Shown here in pieces: positions 1 to 20,238 of a stretch of DNA of 64,000 nt (positions are counted from its first letter, which is position 1; every line of letters begins with the position of its first letter). Made by a program: the position numbers and the translations under genes. This DNA comes from the human T2T-CHM13v2.0 reference genome, Homo sapiens, in NCBI RefSeq assembly GCF_009914755.1, contig NC_060925.1; one strand, given 5' to 3'. Under the pieces are notes generated by a model that did not search any database, was not told the DNA's origin, and saw only the letters and a list, made by a program, of their open reading frames with translations.

Positions 1-51
1 GTGGAGCCCCGAGTTCCATCTGCAGAGGAAATTGGCGGACAGCAGCCACAG
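1..51 (+). CDS. PER3: PER3 coding exon 1, 3' part (WSPEFHLQRKLADSSH); start codon lies upstream of the window
   Basis: Frame from nt 2 matches the PER3 N-terminus; donor AG|gtgacg at 51/52; phase fits exon 2. Confidence 0.93.
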
Positions 52-486
52 GTGACGCGCTGGCTTCAGGCCGAGGGCCCCATGCGTTCGTTGTCCTTCC
101 CTGGAGCAGGGAAAGGGGGACCTAAATCTTTTTATTCTTTTGTTTTCAAGCCCAGGGGAAAGTGTAAAGGGGAGACTCGGGCAATGTAGGATGAAGTGAT
201 CCGTGACACTGAAGAAAATTACCGAAGAGTATCAGGAGGGAAAAGTGGTTACAAAAGTTAGCTGAGTTGGGGCTCAAGTGGATTAAGGGAAAGTAAGTGG
301 AGAATGTTTGTCATTCACCAGTTGCTTTGCCTCGAGTTCCCCACCTAGAGGAAGAGGGGTCACCACCCTGTGGACTGATGCCGGTAGAGCACTTAGAAAC
401 TTACCTGGCTTGCAGTTTGTGTTCCCTAAGCCGCAAGATGCTGTTGTCTTCAGAGGATGAAGTTGTAATTTTTTTTTATCTTCCAG

Positions 487-632
487 TGAACAGCAAGATC
501 GAAACAGAGTTTCTGAAGAACTTATCATGGTTGTCCAAGAAATGAAAAAATACTTCCCCTCGGAGAGACGCAATAAACCAAGCACTCTAGATGCCCTCAA
601 CTATGCTCTCCGCTGTGTCCACAGCGTTCAAG
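487..632 (+). CDS. PER3: PER3 exon 2 ([48 protein letters not shown])
   Basis: ttccag| acceptor, G|gtaaac donor, 146 nt; PER-family TLxALxYAL motif. Confidence 0.96.
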
Positions 633-1020
633 GTAAACAAGCCGGAGAGAAATTTCATCCTACGAATGCACCAGGACTCATACAAGCAGCCAGAGGAGTG
701 GTCAGTGGGGTCTCAGTCAGACAAATAATTTGAGCTTTTTCTGGTGCTTTGTGGAAGATGAGCAAATCTACACCGATTCCATTCGTGTCTTAATTGTTCA
801 CATGTGAAAGACCAGGAAAACTTTATCTGTATAATAGTGTATAATACCTATGCAATGTTTTGCTCATGTGTTGCAAGAGAGTAGAGTTTAGCATAAGCAC
901 ATTTTGAAGGCTGACCTTTTAAAGAAATATTGTCTTCTATGGAAGTTATGGGAAAAAAATGCATTCCACGAAATAGTTACCTTTACATGCCGTACACATA
1001 CTTTCAAAATGCAGTAATGA

Positions 1021-1318
<298 letters not shown>

Positions 1319-1705
1319 AAAATGCAGTAATGATATATCAGGAATTTACCAAACTAAAAATGAACCATTGTAAACACTTTTTCTCTCTGACATTTCCAGG
1401 GATTTCATTAAAGCCATATTCTCTTTAGCACAAACCTCAGTGCTTCATATATGATATGTTCCTGAATGACAGAGTACTGTTTCTGCTCCCCCCGCAAAAA
1501 AATTGTGTATGCATCTGAAATTTTTAGTTAGTACCTTAAATGTATCTTGCTTCCTGTGATCCAGAACATGCAGAATTCATAAAATCAAATCTTAAGTTTG
1601 CACAACTATCAGTATTTTAGGTAAAAGCAGAAAATGATCTGTTTTTGAGAAAAATGCACTGAGGTGTTCTCATCCGAAAAAAATAATCCAGCTTGATAGT
1701 GATGA

Positions 1706-1927
<222 letters not shown>

Positions 1928-3090
1928 TAAGGGCCTGCTCTAGATGTAGGCTTTTAAGAAGGATAACAACGTTTCAGCAACCACAATTTGAGAGAAGCAA
2001 AGGAGGAACTGCTAAAGAGGCATGGTGTAGCTTCTCCGCCCTTGCCAGAGAAAACATCTAAAAGCAGAAGCAGCCCGTTCTGTGTGCTGTGCAGCTCAGT
2101 GACTTTGGTTATGAGGTGCTTCTAGCTCCTTAGCATTCCCAAGCTCTCTTGAATTAAGAGAAAACAAAAATTACACTGCAGAGTAATTTCCTGCACCTTA
2201 TTCTAATCTCCGAATTGTTAATTTCTATTTATATCATTCTTAGTTCCAATACCTACTACTTCAAGTTGTAACAACTGGATGTTATAGAACAGGTGAGTTG
2301 AGATGCTGTCATTTTTCCTAAAATTTTGGAAGAGACCTTTAGTATATCTTTTTTAATCTCTCTTCTTGTTTGACAGAGTAATCTTCATGTTTGGTTGATA
2401 CGGTGGAGATTACTTATTTTAAGTAACATAATTGTTACTTAAAGATTTTGTAATAGTGGAACGTGCGCAATCCCTAGTATTATAACAGTGCTTATTTTAT
2501 GGACTGGTGTGTACATAGTACTGTAGGAGGTGCTATGGAGATTTTTAAAAATAGCTTAAGAAAATATTTGTCTTTTAAGATATTTAAAATAAAGCTAGAG
2601 AGGAAAGTATGCCAATGCTAGCAAACACAAACTGCTGATTATAAATAAGTTTCATTTATGTGTAATGGAAAAAATTAGAGCAGTGATGCTTATGTAATGA
2701 GGTTTGTCAAGGACAGCTTCTTGAAGAAGGTGAATCTTCAGTGTGTCTTAAAGCATAGAATCTGCGTTGATGACGAGAACACCGTCCACCCAGGTGTATG
2801 GCACAGTTTGCAGAGAAGTTATGTGCCATACGTATTTTAGTCTGCATAGAATAAGCTAGTATATTTTTTGGCATAGAAATTGAACCTTCAGTAGGTGAAG
2901 TGCAGGTCTTAGGAGAAGATTTAAGAAGCATGTTGGAGAAAATTATTTGAGGAGTTTTGTTGCATTTGTAGGTTGTGCCTGTGTATTTTAAGATACTGGT
3001 CATGTTAGAGATCCAGAAGAAATTTACCTTTCAGGGAATATTGCTAGTGAGTATCTCAATATTTGCATTTATTTTAAATGTTTTTCATAG

Positions 3091-3510
<420 letters not shown>

Positions 3511-3667
3511 TGATATGTCATAAATATTATTTCATTACCAGCGTATTGTATAGTGGTTTAGTTGCTATGAAGGCTCTGTTTCCTTTAAGTTAAAATTAAA
3601 TGTTTTTCCTCCTTCATGATTTCCTTGTATGAGAAATTTTACTTTGGAGATAAAATTTGGATCATTA

Positions 3668-3970
3668 GGCTGGGCAAGGTGGCTCACGCCTGTAATCCCA
3701 GCACTTTGGGAGGTTGAGGCAGGTGGATCACCTGAGGTCAGGAGTTCCAGACCAGCCTGGCCAACATGGTAAAACCCCATCTGTACTAAAAGTACAAAAA
3801 TTAGTCAGGCATGGTAGTGCATGCCTGTAATCCCAGCTACTCAGGAGGTTGAGGCACGAGAAGCACTTGAACCCGGGAGACAGAGGTTGCAGTGAGCCAA
3901 GATCACACCATTGCACTCCAGCCTGGGCGACAAGCGTGAAACTGTTTCTGGGGAAAAAAAAAAAAAAAAA
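3668..3970 (+). mobile_element. AluS
   Basis: Full dimer with poly(A) tail. Confidence 0.92.
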
Positions 3971-4286
3971 TTCAGATCATTAGCTCTCTTACAGTTTTTC
4001 TTGCCCCTGAAACTTATGAGTCTTATTACTTTGTTTTCCTTCTGGAATGCTTTTCTTTCATAATTCAAAGATGCCTATTGCAGTTTTCTTTGTGACATTC
4101 AGTCCTGTGTGATCTTAATTTATTTCTTTTTAGTCATCCTTCATTATTTTATATTCTTTGTGAAGTGTCTCTTAAAGAGCTTTAAAATATATATATATAT
4201 ATATCAGCGTTCTCTTTGATTCCAAGCCCTTCTCTCTAATTAAAAAAAAAATTCATTGTAGTAAAAAACACATACAGTTTACTATC

Positions 4287-4656
4287 TGATATAGTTTGGC
4301 TGTGTCCCCACCCAAATCTCATGTTGAATTGTAACTCCCACAATTCCCATGTGTCGTGGGAGGAACCCAGTGGGAGATAATTGCATCATGAGGGCGTCTT
4401 TCCCATGCTGTTCTCGTGATAGTGGATAAGTCTCATGAGATCTGATTGCTTTAAAAATGGGAGTTTCTCTGCACAAGCTCTCTCTCTTTGCCTGCTGCCG
4501 TCCATGTAAGATGTAACTTGCCCCTCCTTGCCTTCTGCCGTGATTGTGAGGCTTCCTCAGCCACGTGGAACTGTAAGTCCGTTAAACCTCTTTCTTTTGT
4601 AAATTGCCCAATCTTGGGTCTGTCTTTATCAGCAGCATGCAAACGGACCTAATACA
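4287..4656 (+). mobile_element. Solo THE1-family (ERVL-MaLR) LTR
   Basis: TGATATAGTTTGGCTGTGTCCCC...CTAATACA termini; near TSD CTATC/CCATC. Confidence 0.9.
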
Positions 4657-5217
4657 CCATCTTAATCATTTTTAGGCATTCACTCCATTGCTGTGAAGGA
4701 TGTTTACATTGTTGTGAAACAGATCTCCATAACTTTTTCATCTTTATATCTGAAATTCTATCTACTATTTCTAATTTTTTACCCAGTAGTTAATTTAATG
4801 AAGGGTAGCTTTGCGTGTTTCTTCTTCCAATTATAGATTGCCCCATCTTTTAAAAATATTTTTACATAAGCTCTAGAAAACATGCATGTCATCCCTGCTT
4901 GCTTCTAGCTCATCTCTTTTCCCATCTTTCAAAAATACTGATTTTATTTCTCATCCCCTTTCCTAAATACACATTTTCAACCTTTGTCTGTATTTGTTTC
5001 TCTGCTTTTGTTAGCTGTTCATTCCGTAAACATTTATTTAATAATCACGTGGGTCAAGAACTAGTCCGGATACAGATACAGCTGTGAACAGGACATACAC
5101 AATATTGTCTGCCAGGTCTTTCCCATTTTTTCCCCAGGTATTTTTCCTTCAGCACTGCCTGTGGCTTTTCAGCCTTTTCATTTTTGCTGATTACTGATTA
5201 CTGCGATATTTCCCTTC

Positions 5218-7487
5218 TGTATTAGTCCATTCTTACGCTGCTATAAAGAACTATCTGAGACTGGGTAATTAATAAAGGAAAGAAGTTTAATTGACTCACA
5301 GTTCCACATGACTGGGGAGGCCTCAGGAAACTTACAATCATGGCAGAAGGGGAAGCAAACATGTCTTTCTACACATGATGGCAGGAAGGAGAAGAATGGG
5401 AGCCGAGTGAAGGAGGAAGCCCTTTATAAAGCCATCAGATCTCTTGAGAACTTACTATCATGAGAACAGCATGGGGGAAACTGCCCCCATGATTCAATTA
5501 CCTCCCTCCGGGTTCCTCCCACCACACATGGGGATTATGGGAACTATAATTCAAGATGAGATTTGGGTGGGGATACAGCCAAACCATATCATTCTGCTCT
5601 TAAGCCCTCCCAAATCTCACGTCCTCACATTTCAAAATGCAATCATGCTTTTCCAACAGTCCCCCAAAGTCTTAGCTCATTCCAGCATTAGACCAAAAGT
5701 CCAAGTCCAAAGTCTCATATGTGACAAAGCAAGTCCCTTTCACCTATGAGCCTGTAAAATCCAAAGCAAGTTAGTTATCTCCTAGGTACAATAGACGTAC
5801 AAGCATTGGGTAAATACACCCATTTCAAATGGGAGAAATTGGCCAAAACAAAGGGGCTACAGGCCCCTTGCAAGTCTGAAATCCACTGAAGCAATAATTA
5901 AATATTAAAGCTCCAAAATAATCTCCTTTGACTCCATGTCTCACATCCAGGTCATGCTGGTGCAAGAGGTGGGCTCCTACAGCCTTGGGCAGCTCTGCCC
6001 TTGTGGCTTTGCAGGGTACAGCCTCCCTTATGGCTGGTTTCATGGGCTGGCATTGAGTGTCTGTGGCTTTTCTGGGCTCACAGTGCAAGCTTTTGGTGGA
6101 TCTACCATTCTTAGGTCTGGAGGATGGTGGCCCTCTTCTCACAGCTCCACTAGGCAGTGCCCCAGTGAAGACTGTGTGGGCTCCGAACCCAAATTTCCCT
6201 TACACATCTCTCTTAGCAGAGGTTCTCTATGAGGGCTCCGCCCCTGTAGCAAACTTCTGCCTGGACATCCAGGCATTTCCGTACATCCTCTGAAATCTAG
6301 GCAGAGGTTTCCAAACCTCAGTTCTTGTCTTCTGCACACCTGCAGGACCAACACCATATGGAAGCTGCCAAGGAATAGGGCTTGCACCCTCTGAAGCTAT
6401 GGCCTGAGCTGTACCTTGGTCCCTTTTAGCCATGGCTGGAGGTGAAGCAGCTGGAATGGAGGGCATCATGTCCCAAGGCTGCACAGAGCAGTGGGGGCCT
6501 GGACAGGCCCAGAAAACCATTTTTTCTCTCGTAGGCCTCAGCCTGTGATGGGAGGGGTTGCTGTGAAGTCTCTGACATGCCCTGAAGACATTTTCCCCAT
6601 TGTCTTGGTGATTAACATTTGGCTTCTTGTTACTTCTGCAAATTTCTGTAGCAGGCTTGAATTTCTCCCCAGAAAATGGGTTTTTCTTTTCCATTGCATC
6701 TTCAGGCTACAAATTTTCCAAGTTGTTATGCTCTGCTTCCTCTTTAATGCTTTGCTGTTTAGAAATTTCTTCCGTCAGATACCTAAATCATCTCTCTCAA
6801 GTTCAAAGTTCCACAGATCTCTAGGCCAGGAGCAAAAGTTGCCAGTCTCTTTGCATAGCAGAAGTGTCCTTTACTCCAGTCCCAACAAGTTCCTCATCTC
6901 TCTCTGAGACCACCTCAGCCTGCACTTCATTGTCCATATCACTATCAGCATTTTGGTCAAAGCCATTCAACAAGTCTCTAGGAAGTTCCAGACTTTCCCA
7001 CATTTTCTTGTCTTCTTCTAAGCCCTCCAAACTGTTCCAGTGTCTGCCTGTTACCCAGTTCCAAAGTCACTTCCACATTTTTGGGTATCTATGGCAGCAC
7101 CCCACTCTTTGCAGTACAAGTTTACTGTATTAGTCCATTCTCATGCTGCTAATAAAGACATACCCAAGACTGGGTAATTTCTAAAGGAAAGAGTTTTAAT
7201 TGACTCAGTTCAGCATGGCTGGGGAGGCCTCAGGAAACTTAACAATCATGGCAGACGGGGACATGTCCTTCACGTGGCAACAGCAAGGAGAAGCGCCAAG
7301 CAAAAGGGGGAAAAGCCTCTTATAAAACCATGAGCTCTCATGAGAACTCACTATCACGAGAACGGGATGACGGCAACCACCCCCATGATTCAGTTACCTC
7401 CCACCAGGTCCCTCCCTTGACATGTGGGGATTATGGGAACTACAATTCAAGATGAGATTTGGGTGGGGACACAGCCAAACCATATCA
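5218..7487 (-). mobile_element. Full-length THE1D-like MaLR element: LTR 5218..5591, internal 5592..7125, LTR 7126..7487
   Basis: Two direct LTRs (TGTATTAGTCC...CCATATCA), MaLR internal sequence, TSD CCTTC/CCTTT. Confidence 0.9.
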
Positions 7488-9002
7488 CCTTTTATGTAAA
7501 ATCTTAATATGCCCTGAAATAATTCTTTTGGATCTCAAAATTCACTTATGCCATAAGGCACGATATAATTCTAGTTTACTCTTTATATTGTACTTTTGCC
7601 TTATGAATCTCAAGGATTGATACTGAGAGCAGTTGGTTAATGCCACCCCCTTTATAGGCTATGCCTGCGTTACCCCCTTCGATTCCTTACTTTGAGCACA
7701 TAGAACATCAAGAGGACTTAGGAAGCAATCCACTCAGCTGTTGTCAACCTCTGGTCCTGTATTAGAATATGTTTCTATTTAACATGTCTTGTACAAACCT
7801 CTTAGAAGGATCTGACCATTACTTCTTCAGAGTACGCTTTTAGAAACAAGCATCACATATTTACAGCCTAGGAATGGAAATGCATTGTGGGTGCACGTCT
7901 GCTGTCTTAGATCACGTAGTCTAGCTTTCAGTGGTCCAGGACTTCTAGTGAGTGCAGTTGGAGTTCATGTGTCTGGTGTGATGAATAAATGGTATAAGCA
8001 AACTGACCTCACAGTAGAGGCCGTTTTCTGTAGAAGATTATACCAATCTTCAGTGCTTTATTAATGCTTTCTGACTCTTCTGTGATCGTCTCTTAGAAGT
8101 ATCAAGACCTGGGCTGCTTATTCAATATTTTGGTTGTTTTGGATTTTCACTGTTTATGCTACCTTCAGTGTATATTTTTTGAACATCTCACAGTTTTCCA
8201 TGGTTCCTATAACTGAAGACTTCTTGTTTCAGTGAACAAATGCCCAAAAGATATTCAGGAAGCTCTAATCAGAGGAAATACATATAGTCAACAAACACTG
8301 GGCAGAAATTTCAGTCCCCTCATCTCCTAAGGCAAATTTAGACATTTCTGAATTATCACCTCATAAATCAATAAAATGGGTGCAGAAATCAATGGAATTG
8401 CTAGCAAATCATTGGCATGAGGGTTGTGAGAAAACATTAATAAAACTCTGAAGATTGGTACAGTTTTCTGGAGGTTTATCCATACACAATAAAGTCATAA
8501 AACGATTCTATCATTTAACCTAGGAACACAACTTTTTGAAATTTATCCAAAGAAAGAGCTTAAAGAAAAAAAGAAAATTATATATCGTATAGCTAAGAAG
8601 CTGAAAATAGTCTGAATTCCCAACTTTTTAGAAAGGTCCAGACTATTACAATGGGATGGAATATTACCACCAGAATAATTGTGTCCAAGGATCATTACAT
8701 TGACCTTTGAGATGATGAACATGGGCAGTTTGGGAACTATGAAAAGTAGTAAGGGGAAGAGATAAAGCCGATTCTCACTGTTATACCTGAGGTTCACGGT
8801 TCCAGTACCAAAACCAATACTAGTATTTCCCAATTCTAGTATTGTGACTGGATCTCAAAATGAAGGAAGGGGGTTCTATTTTAATCAAGGAGACCTCTCT
8901 CTCTTTTAAAAAATAGTTTGTTGTTTGATAATGGTGCAACATTGTTTCACTGAGAAAGACCTGGATAAGAGGGAGTGACTGACCAGGCATCTTTCTTTCT
9001 AG

Positions 9003-9054
9003 CAGCTGCACGGTATGAATGTGCTCCGGTGAAACCTTTTTTCTGCAGGATCCG
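9003..9054 (+). CDS. PER3: PER3 exon 5 (AAARYECAPVKPFFCRI); alternative start 9006
   Basis: tag/cag tandem acceptor, CG|gtaagt donor; FFCRI PAS motif. Confidence 0.95.
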
Positions 9055-9252
9055 GTAAGTATAGTGGCTCGTGGAAGCCAGCAACAGTGGATTATGTTCT
9101 GAGTTTATTTTGCAGTTGGTTTGATTCTTGTGTATTCAGCTCACTTCTGTTGCGAGATACAAAAAATAAGACTTGGTTATTGCCACAAGGAGTTCGTATT
9201 TTGATTGAGAAGAGACATACTCATGAGAAAACTAGATAATAATGCAATAGGA

Positions 9253-9717
<465 letters not shown>

Positions 9718-10249
9718 TTAATAGCTTTAAAGAAAGCAAGAGATTTATATTTGTGAGAAGGATTTAAAAGATCTAGAGACAGTGAACCAGAAGAAAACAG
9801 ATGAAAATTTTAACAGTAGTTGATTGCTGGTAGGAATTACTACTGAATTTTTTATCTTCTAAATTTGCTGCAATATATTATTAGTGTTCCTTTTATGTTA
9901 TATACATAATATATAATTATATATTCTGTTATGTTATATATTATGTATATAAGATGATATAATAATATGTTCTTTTGTAATAAGAACAAATATTTTGAAA
10001 TGACATTGTGATTGCCAGTTTTAGTATTGAAGTTACTAAATGCTCAAGATGTTTAGAGAGAAGAAAAACCCTCATGATGAAATAGTCTAATATTCCAGTA
10101 CTCCATGGAACTGGGGGACTTGAGCTCATAGGCTCTGGATGCTTGGGGGGGACGGCCTGAGAAAGGGCACAGCGGTGGGAGGGGCTGTCTTGTTCCAGTG
10201 GGTCATTCACAAGTGAGTTGTATGAAGATCTTAGAACAGTTCCTGCCTC

Positions 10250-12390
<2,141 letters not shown>

Positions 12391-12398
12391 CAAGGTGG

Positions 12399-12707
12399 GG
12401 CTGGGCGCAGTGGCTCACGCCTGTAATCCCAGTACTTTGGGAGGCCAAGGTGGGCTGATCACCTGAGGTCAGGAGTTTGAGACCAGCCTGACGAACATGG
12501 TGAAACCCCATCTCTACTAAAAATACAAAAATCATCTGGGCGTGGTGGCACGCACCTGTAATCCCAGCTACTCGGGAGGCTGAGGCAGGAGAATCAGCTT
12601 GCACCCAGGAGGTGGAGGTTGCAGTGAGCCAAGATTGTGCCATCGCACTCCAGCCTGGGCAACAGAGCGAGACTCCGTCTTTAAAAAAAAAAAAAAAAGA
12701 AAAAAAA
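12399..12707 (+). mobile_element. AluS
   Basis: Full dimer with poly(A) tail. Confidence 0.92.
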
Positions 12708-13433
12708 GTGAGGTGGAAGTAGGAACAGACTAGAGAATCTCTGGCAGTACTAAAGAGCCCCTCAGGATTGGTAGTCACACCTTTACGTGCTGGCGAGAGA
12801 GTAAATGGATGATTGGTAAAAGTTGGGGAGTGTGAATTCAGTCTTGGGCTTTTTGACTTCTAGGTGAAGTGGCATCTCCCAGTAGAAGCATCCGCTGGGC
12901 AGCTGCAGTGGTAACACCGGGTGATGATATTTGAAGTCATCAATCAGAGCCTCCCCTGCCGAGAGGTTCTTTGTGAGGAGTGGAAAGGGGTGCGCCCTCT
13001 GGGCCAGGGACAGGGCTTGCTGAACTCGGTTTTAGCCTCAACTTTTTCTTTCCTCCTCAGCCAGATGCCTTTATAGATGGAGCACCTGACCTCATGCAAG
13101 GGCCCTCATCACTGAAGCTGGAGACGAAATTGGTTCTTAGAGAGTGTAGAAAGGGACGACTGAGAACTAGCCCCGGGGCATGATTGCAGGGGACCCTGTT
13201 TTCTCTCTTGTGACACCTGTTGTAGATATGTGAAATGAGACAGTTATGCTTGTCCCTCTTCACAGCAGAAGGGGAAAAGTCAAACTGGGAATGCATCACA
13301 TGGAGGCCAGGAGAAAAGTCATGGAACCACTAATTCTGTTTTTACACTCACAGTAATCTAAGCCAGTTCTTTACACAACCTCTTACTCGTTGAATAATAG
13401 CGAAAATTTAAGCTAACATATTCTTTCTTTTGA

Positions 13434-13826
<393 letters not shown>

Positions 13827-14368
13827 TGACCCTTAAACTCTTCAGGCATTTGAAGCTGGTTTTCATTGATGTCTCTGTTTACTGACTTTTAGCTTCTTGT
13901 ACAGTCATTGTCTTCATGGTCAGCATGGCTGAACGAATGGTCTCAGCACAGGACTTGGTGACAGATACGGTTTTCTAGTCCTCTCTCTGCTGGTGACCCA
14001 TTCAGTGTGGCCTTTTGCTTGTGTTGTGTGAAATAAGAGTGCTGAAATTGTTTCCCAGAGAGGCCACAAGAGTGATTTTATGTTTTTGAAGTCTTCTGAA
14101 ACTCCCTGAGTAAAATGTATATTTTATCTTGTACGAGCAGAACTATATTTCTAAATGCATATATCAATACATAGGCAGCTTCCATGTATTACTGAAAAGT
14201 CAGTTCAGATGTAAAATGACATATGCTTTCCTGCAAATTACCATCCTATGCAACAGTCACACAATAAAAACCACAGGGCTTATGGGAAAAATGGGTTTAG
14301 GAGCACAAAACTCAAAAGCTTAGTTGCGTATTAAAAATAAGACAGGAATCAAATAAAAATGATAATCG

Positions 14369-15929
<1,561 letters not shown>

Positions 15930-16118
15930 TTAAAATTGACTTTAATAGGCTTCAAATTTTTACCTAATTAAAATGTAGTTAGTAATGAAATTACTATCAT
16001 TTAACTGTAGCTTTGGCTGCTTGAAGGCCAGGCCCCTAAATGAGATTTCTACCATTTCATATAGATTTTGTTCTCTTTTTAATATGTTAAGTGGTTAGTT
16101 AGGTGGATAATTAATTAG

Positions 16119-16238
<120 letters not shown>

Positions 16239-17300
16239 TAAGTACTTCTTTAAGCCTAAAAGAAATTTGTTTCTGAAAATAAATATAAATGTGAAGAAGA
16301 TTACATTATGTTTGCATGTTTATACATTATGTAATTGAAATCTGTCCATTTGCCTATTTGATTTTTGTTACATGGAAATGTATGTTGTCTAAATTTTTAA
16401 TATAAATATTTTGCATATTATAAAGTGATTACAAGTTGTATTTGATTTCTAAACAGTATGCTTTAGGTAGGCCAAGAATTATTTCATTTTACAGAGAAGA
16501 CAATGAACCCACCGGCCAGTTTGCTGAGAACAGATGTATAGTATCTGATTGCGCTCAAACTGGGACCAAGACTCTGGTCTTCTAGCACTTATTCTGGTGT
16601 TATTTACACTTGCCAAGTGCTTCTCAAATCAGTTTATGATGAAATTTCAGTTAGTCTGAAGTGGGGGCGAAGGTGGGGAGAACAGATTATTTTTTGTAAA
16701 GAATTGTTCTTTATTTTGAACTTCTGTCCTTCCTACTTTTGGGGGATGTTGAAATAGTCTTTGTTATTTAAAGGATAGTGATAGTAGGTAGTAGTTATTG
16801 CTTAATGCTGTTTTTTAGTATCTTTATTTGGAAAAAGTAAATATCAGTATCACTACATCAGTATCCCGCATTTTTTCCCCACATTTATTTTAACATTTTA
16901 CTTACTCATGAAATTCAAAAATCTGGGAACCAACACACCACACCACACATAACTGAAAAGCAAAAATGTCAGAAACATTTTCTTGATAATTTTTTATTAA
17001 AAAAATTTAACATCTGAAAATCAGTGTATTTGATAATGTCTACCCTGAAACCAAATAGTAATGTGTGAGATACTTAACCTGTATAAAGTAAGAAAATTCA
17101 GCTAAATATAATTCTAAAAATAGCTTAAATCTCTTGTATTAGAAAATATTTGTGGGTTTTTACACAGGGAAAATATTTACGGAATCCAGTTTTTTCTGAA
17201 GCATCCTTAGTCTTACCATCGTAAGTTTCCCATGAACCTTTATCCTGAAACTATTTCTGTGTACTAGCTGTCTGTCTATCTGATATTACCTTTTGGGTGA

Positions 17301-17610
<310 letters not shown>

Positions 17611-18045
17611 TAGGTGACATTGTTTTTATGTAATTTTAATTATGCTGTATGAATTAGCAACCTGCATTATTCATTTAACATCATCAGCATCTTTCTACGT
17701 TACGATGTGCTTTTTGTAGACTTTTTAAATGGCAACATAAACATAATTATGGAGGGCATCAGAGTCCTCTAAGGAACTTGCTAAAAGACAGATGCCTGGT
17801 CTTATTTCCAGAGCTTCTGATTTAGTAAGCATACAGCGAGACTGTGGATCTGTATTTTAGCAAGTTCGCTAGATGATTTTGATGTAATGTGTCAGATGAC
17901 CAACATGTGTTAGATTATACAGCCATTTCCCCCAGGATGGGCACTTGGGTTCTTTGCTGTTTTTATAAATGCTAAGATAAACAGCTTTGCATAAAATTGT
18001 CTCACATTTAGAATGAAATACAGAAGTATTTTTAAAAGTGTATAA

Positions 18046-18252
<207 letters not shown>

Positions 18253-18351
18253 TAATTTTTCTTTTCATCTCATTAGAGCGCAACCTTTAACCAGAGAGGC
18301 ATTACATTGAAGCTGCTAAAGCAATTGTTTTCTATTTAAACATACTAAAAC

Positions 18352-18641
18352 AGGCCAGGCACAGTGGGTCACACCTGTAATCCCAGCACTTTGGGAGGCC
18401 GAGGTGGGCGAATTGCCTGAGGTCAGGAGTTGGAGACCAGCCTGGCCAACATGGTGTAACCCATCTATACTAAAAGTACAAAAATTAGCCAGGCATGGTG
18501 GTGCACGCCTGTAATCTCAGCTACTCAGGAGGCTGAGGCACAAGAACTGCTTGAACCTGGGAGGCGGAAGTTGCAGTGAGCCAATATCATGCCACTGCAC
18601 TCCAGCCTAGGCAACAGAGCGAGACTCAATCTCAAAAAAAA
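18352..18641 (+). mobile_element. AluS in short intron 8
   Basis: Full dimer; TSD ACTAAAACA. Confidence 0.92.
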
Positions 18642-18703
18642 CCACTAAAACATTTACAAATAAATGGCTTAAAAAGGACATTTGTAATCAGTATCTGTGT
18701 TAA

Positions 18704-18895
<192 letters not shown>

Positions 18896-19444
18896 TAAGC
18901 CAGTCAGTTTTCATATTTTCTAAAACATCTCTTGTATCAAATAATATTCCTTAGCTTATTGACTGCCCTCTGACTCAATTGACACATAAACTAAATAAAG
19001 CACAGATTTGTTTTCGGTGCTTTGGGGAGACAGTTTGACAGTGTGTACCGTGAGCCTTAAAAGAAGTCATAATATCAGCCTTAAAGTAGCTTAAATATCC
19101 ATCATTAAGTAAACTCTGGAATATTTGCTTGATGTATTATTATATTGGTCAATGAAAATTTTTGCAGAGATCACATAACATGGAAAAATATTTGATTTTT
19201 AAATATAAAAATCAGCATACAAAATTATTTATACCTATGATTATAATTATGTTTAAAACGAACATACTATGAAATAAGGAAAAGAGAATTGAAAGGAAAT
19301 AAAATATGAATTTTGGTTAAGTGTAGGTACTAGGACCTACAAGTGTTTCTTTCTTTCTTTTTTTTTTTTTTTAAAGATCTCTTTAGTGAGCATGTAAAAC
19401 TTTTTATATCAGCCTTCCGCCATCAAATTCCACTTGTTTGTGTC

Positions 19445-20238
<794 letters not shown>

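Noticed and set aside
1-189. ORF MEPRVPSAEE...
   Set aside because: Wrong frame at the window edge; the PER3 frame starts at nt 2 and splices at 51
5444-7133. Dense overlapping ORFs on both strands
   Set aside because: Fragments of the decayed THE1 internal region and LTRs; no intact long frame
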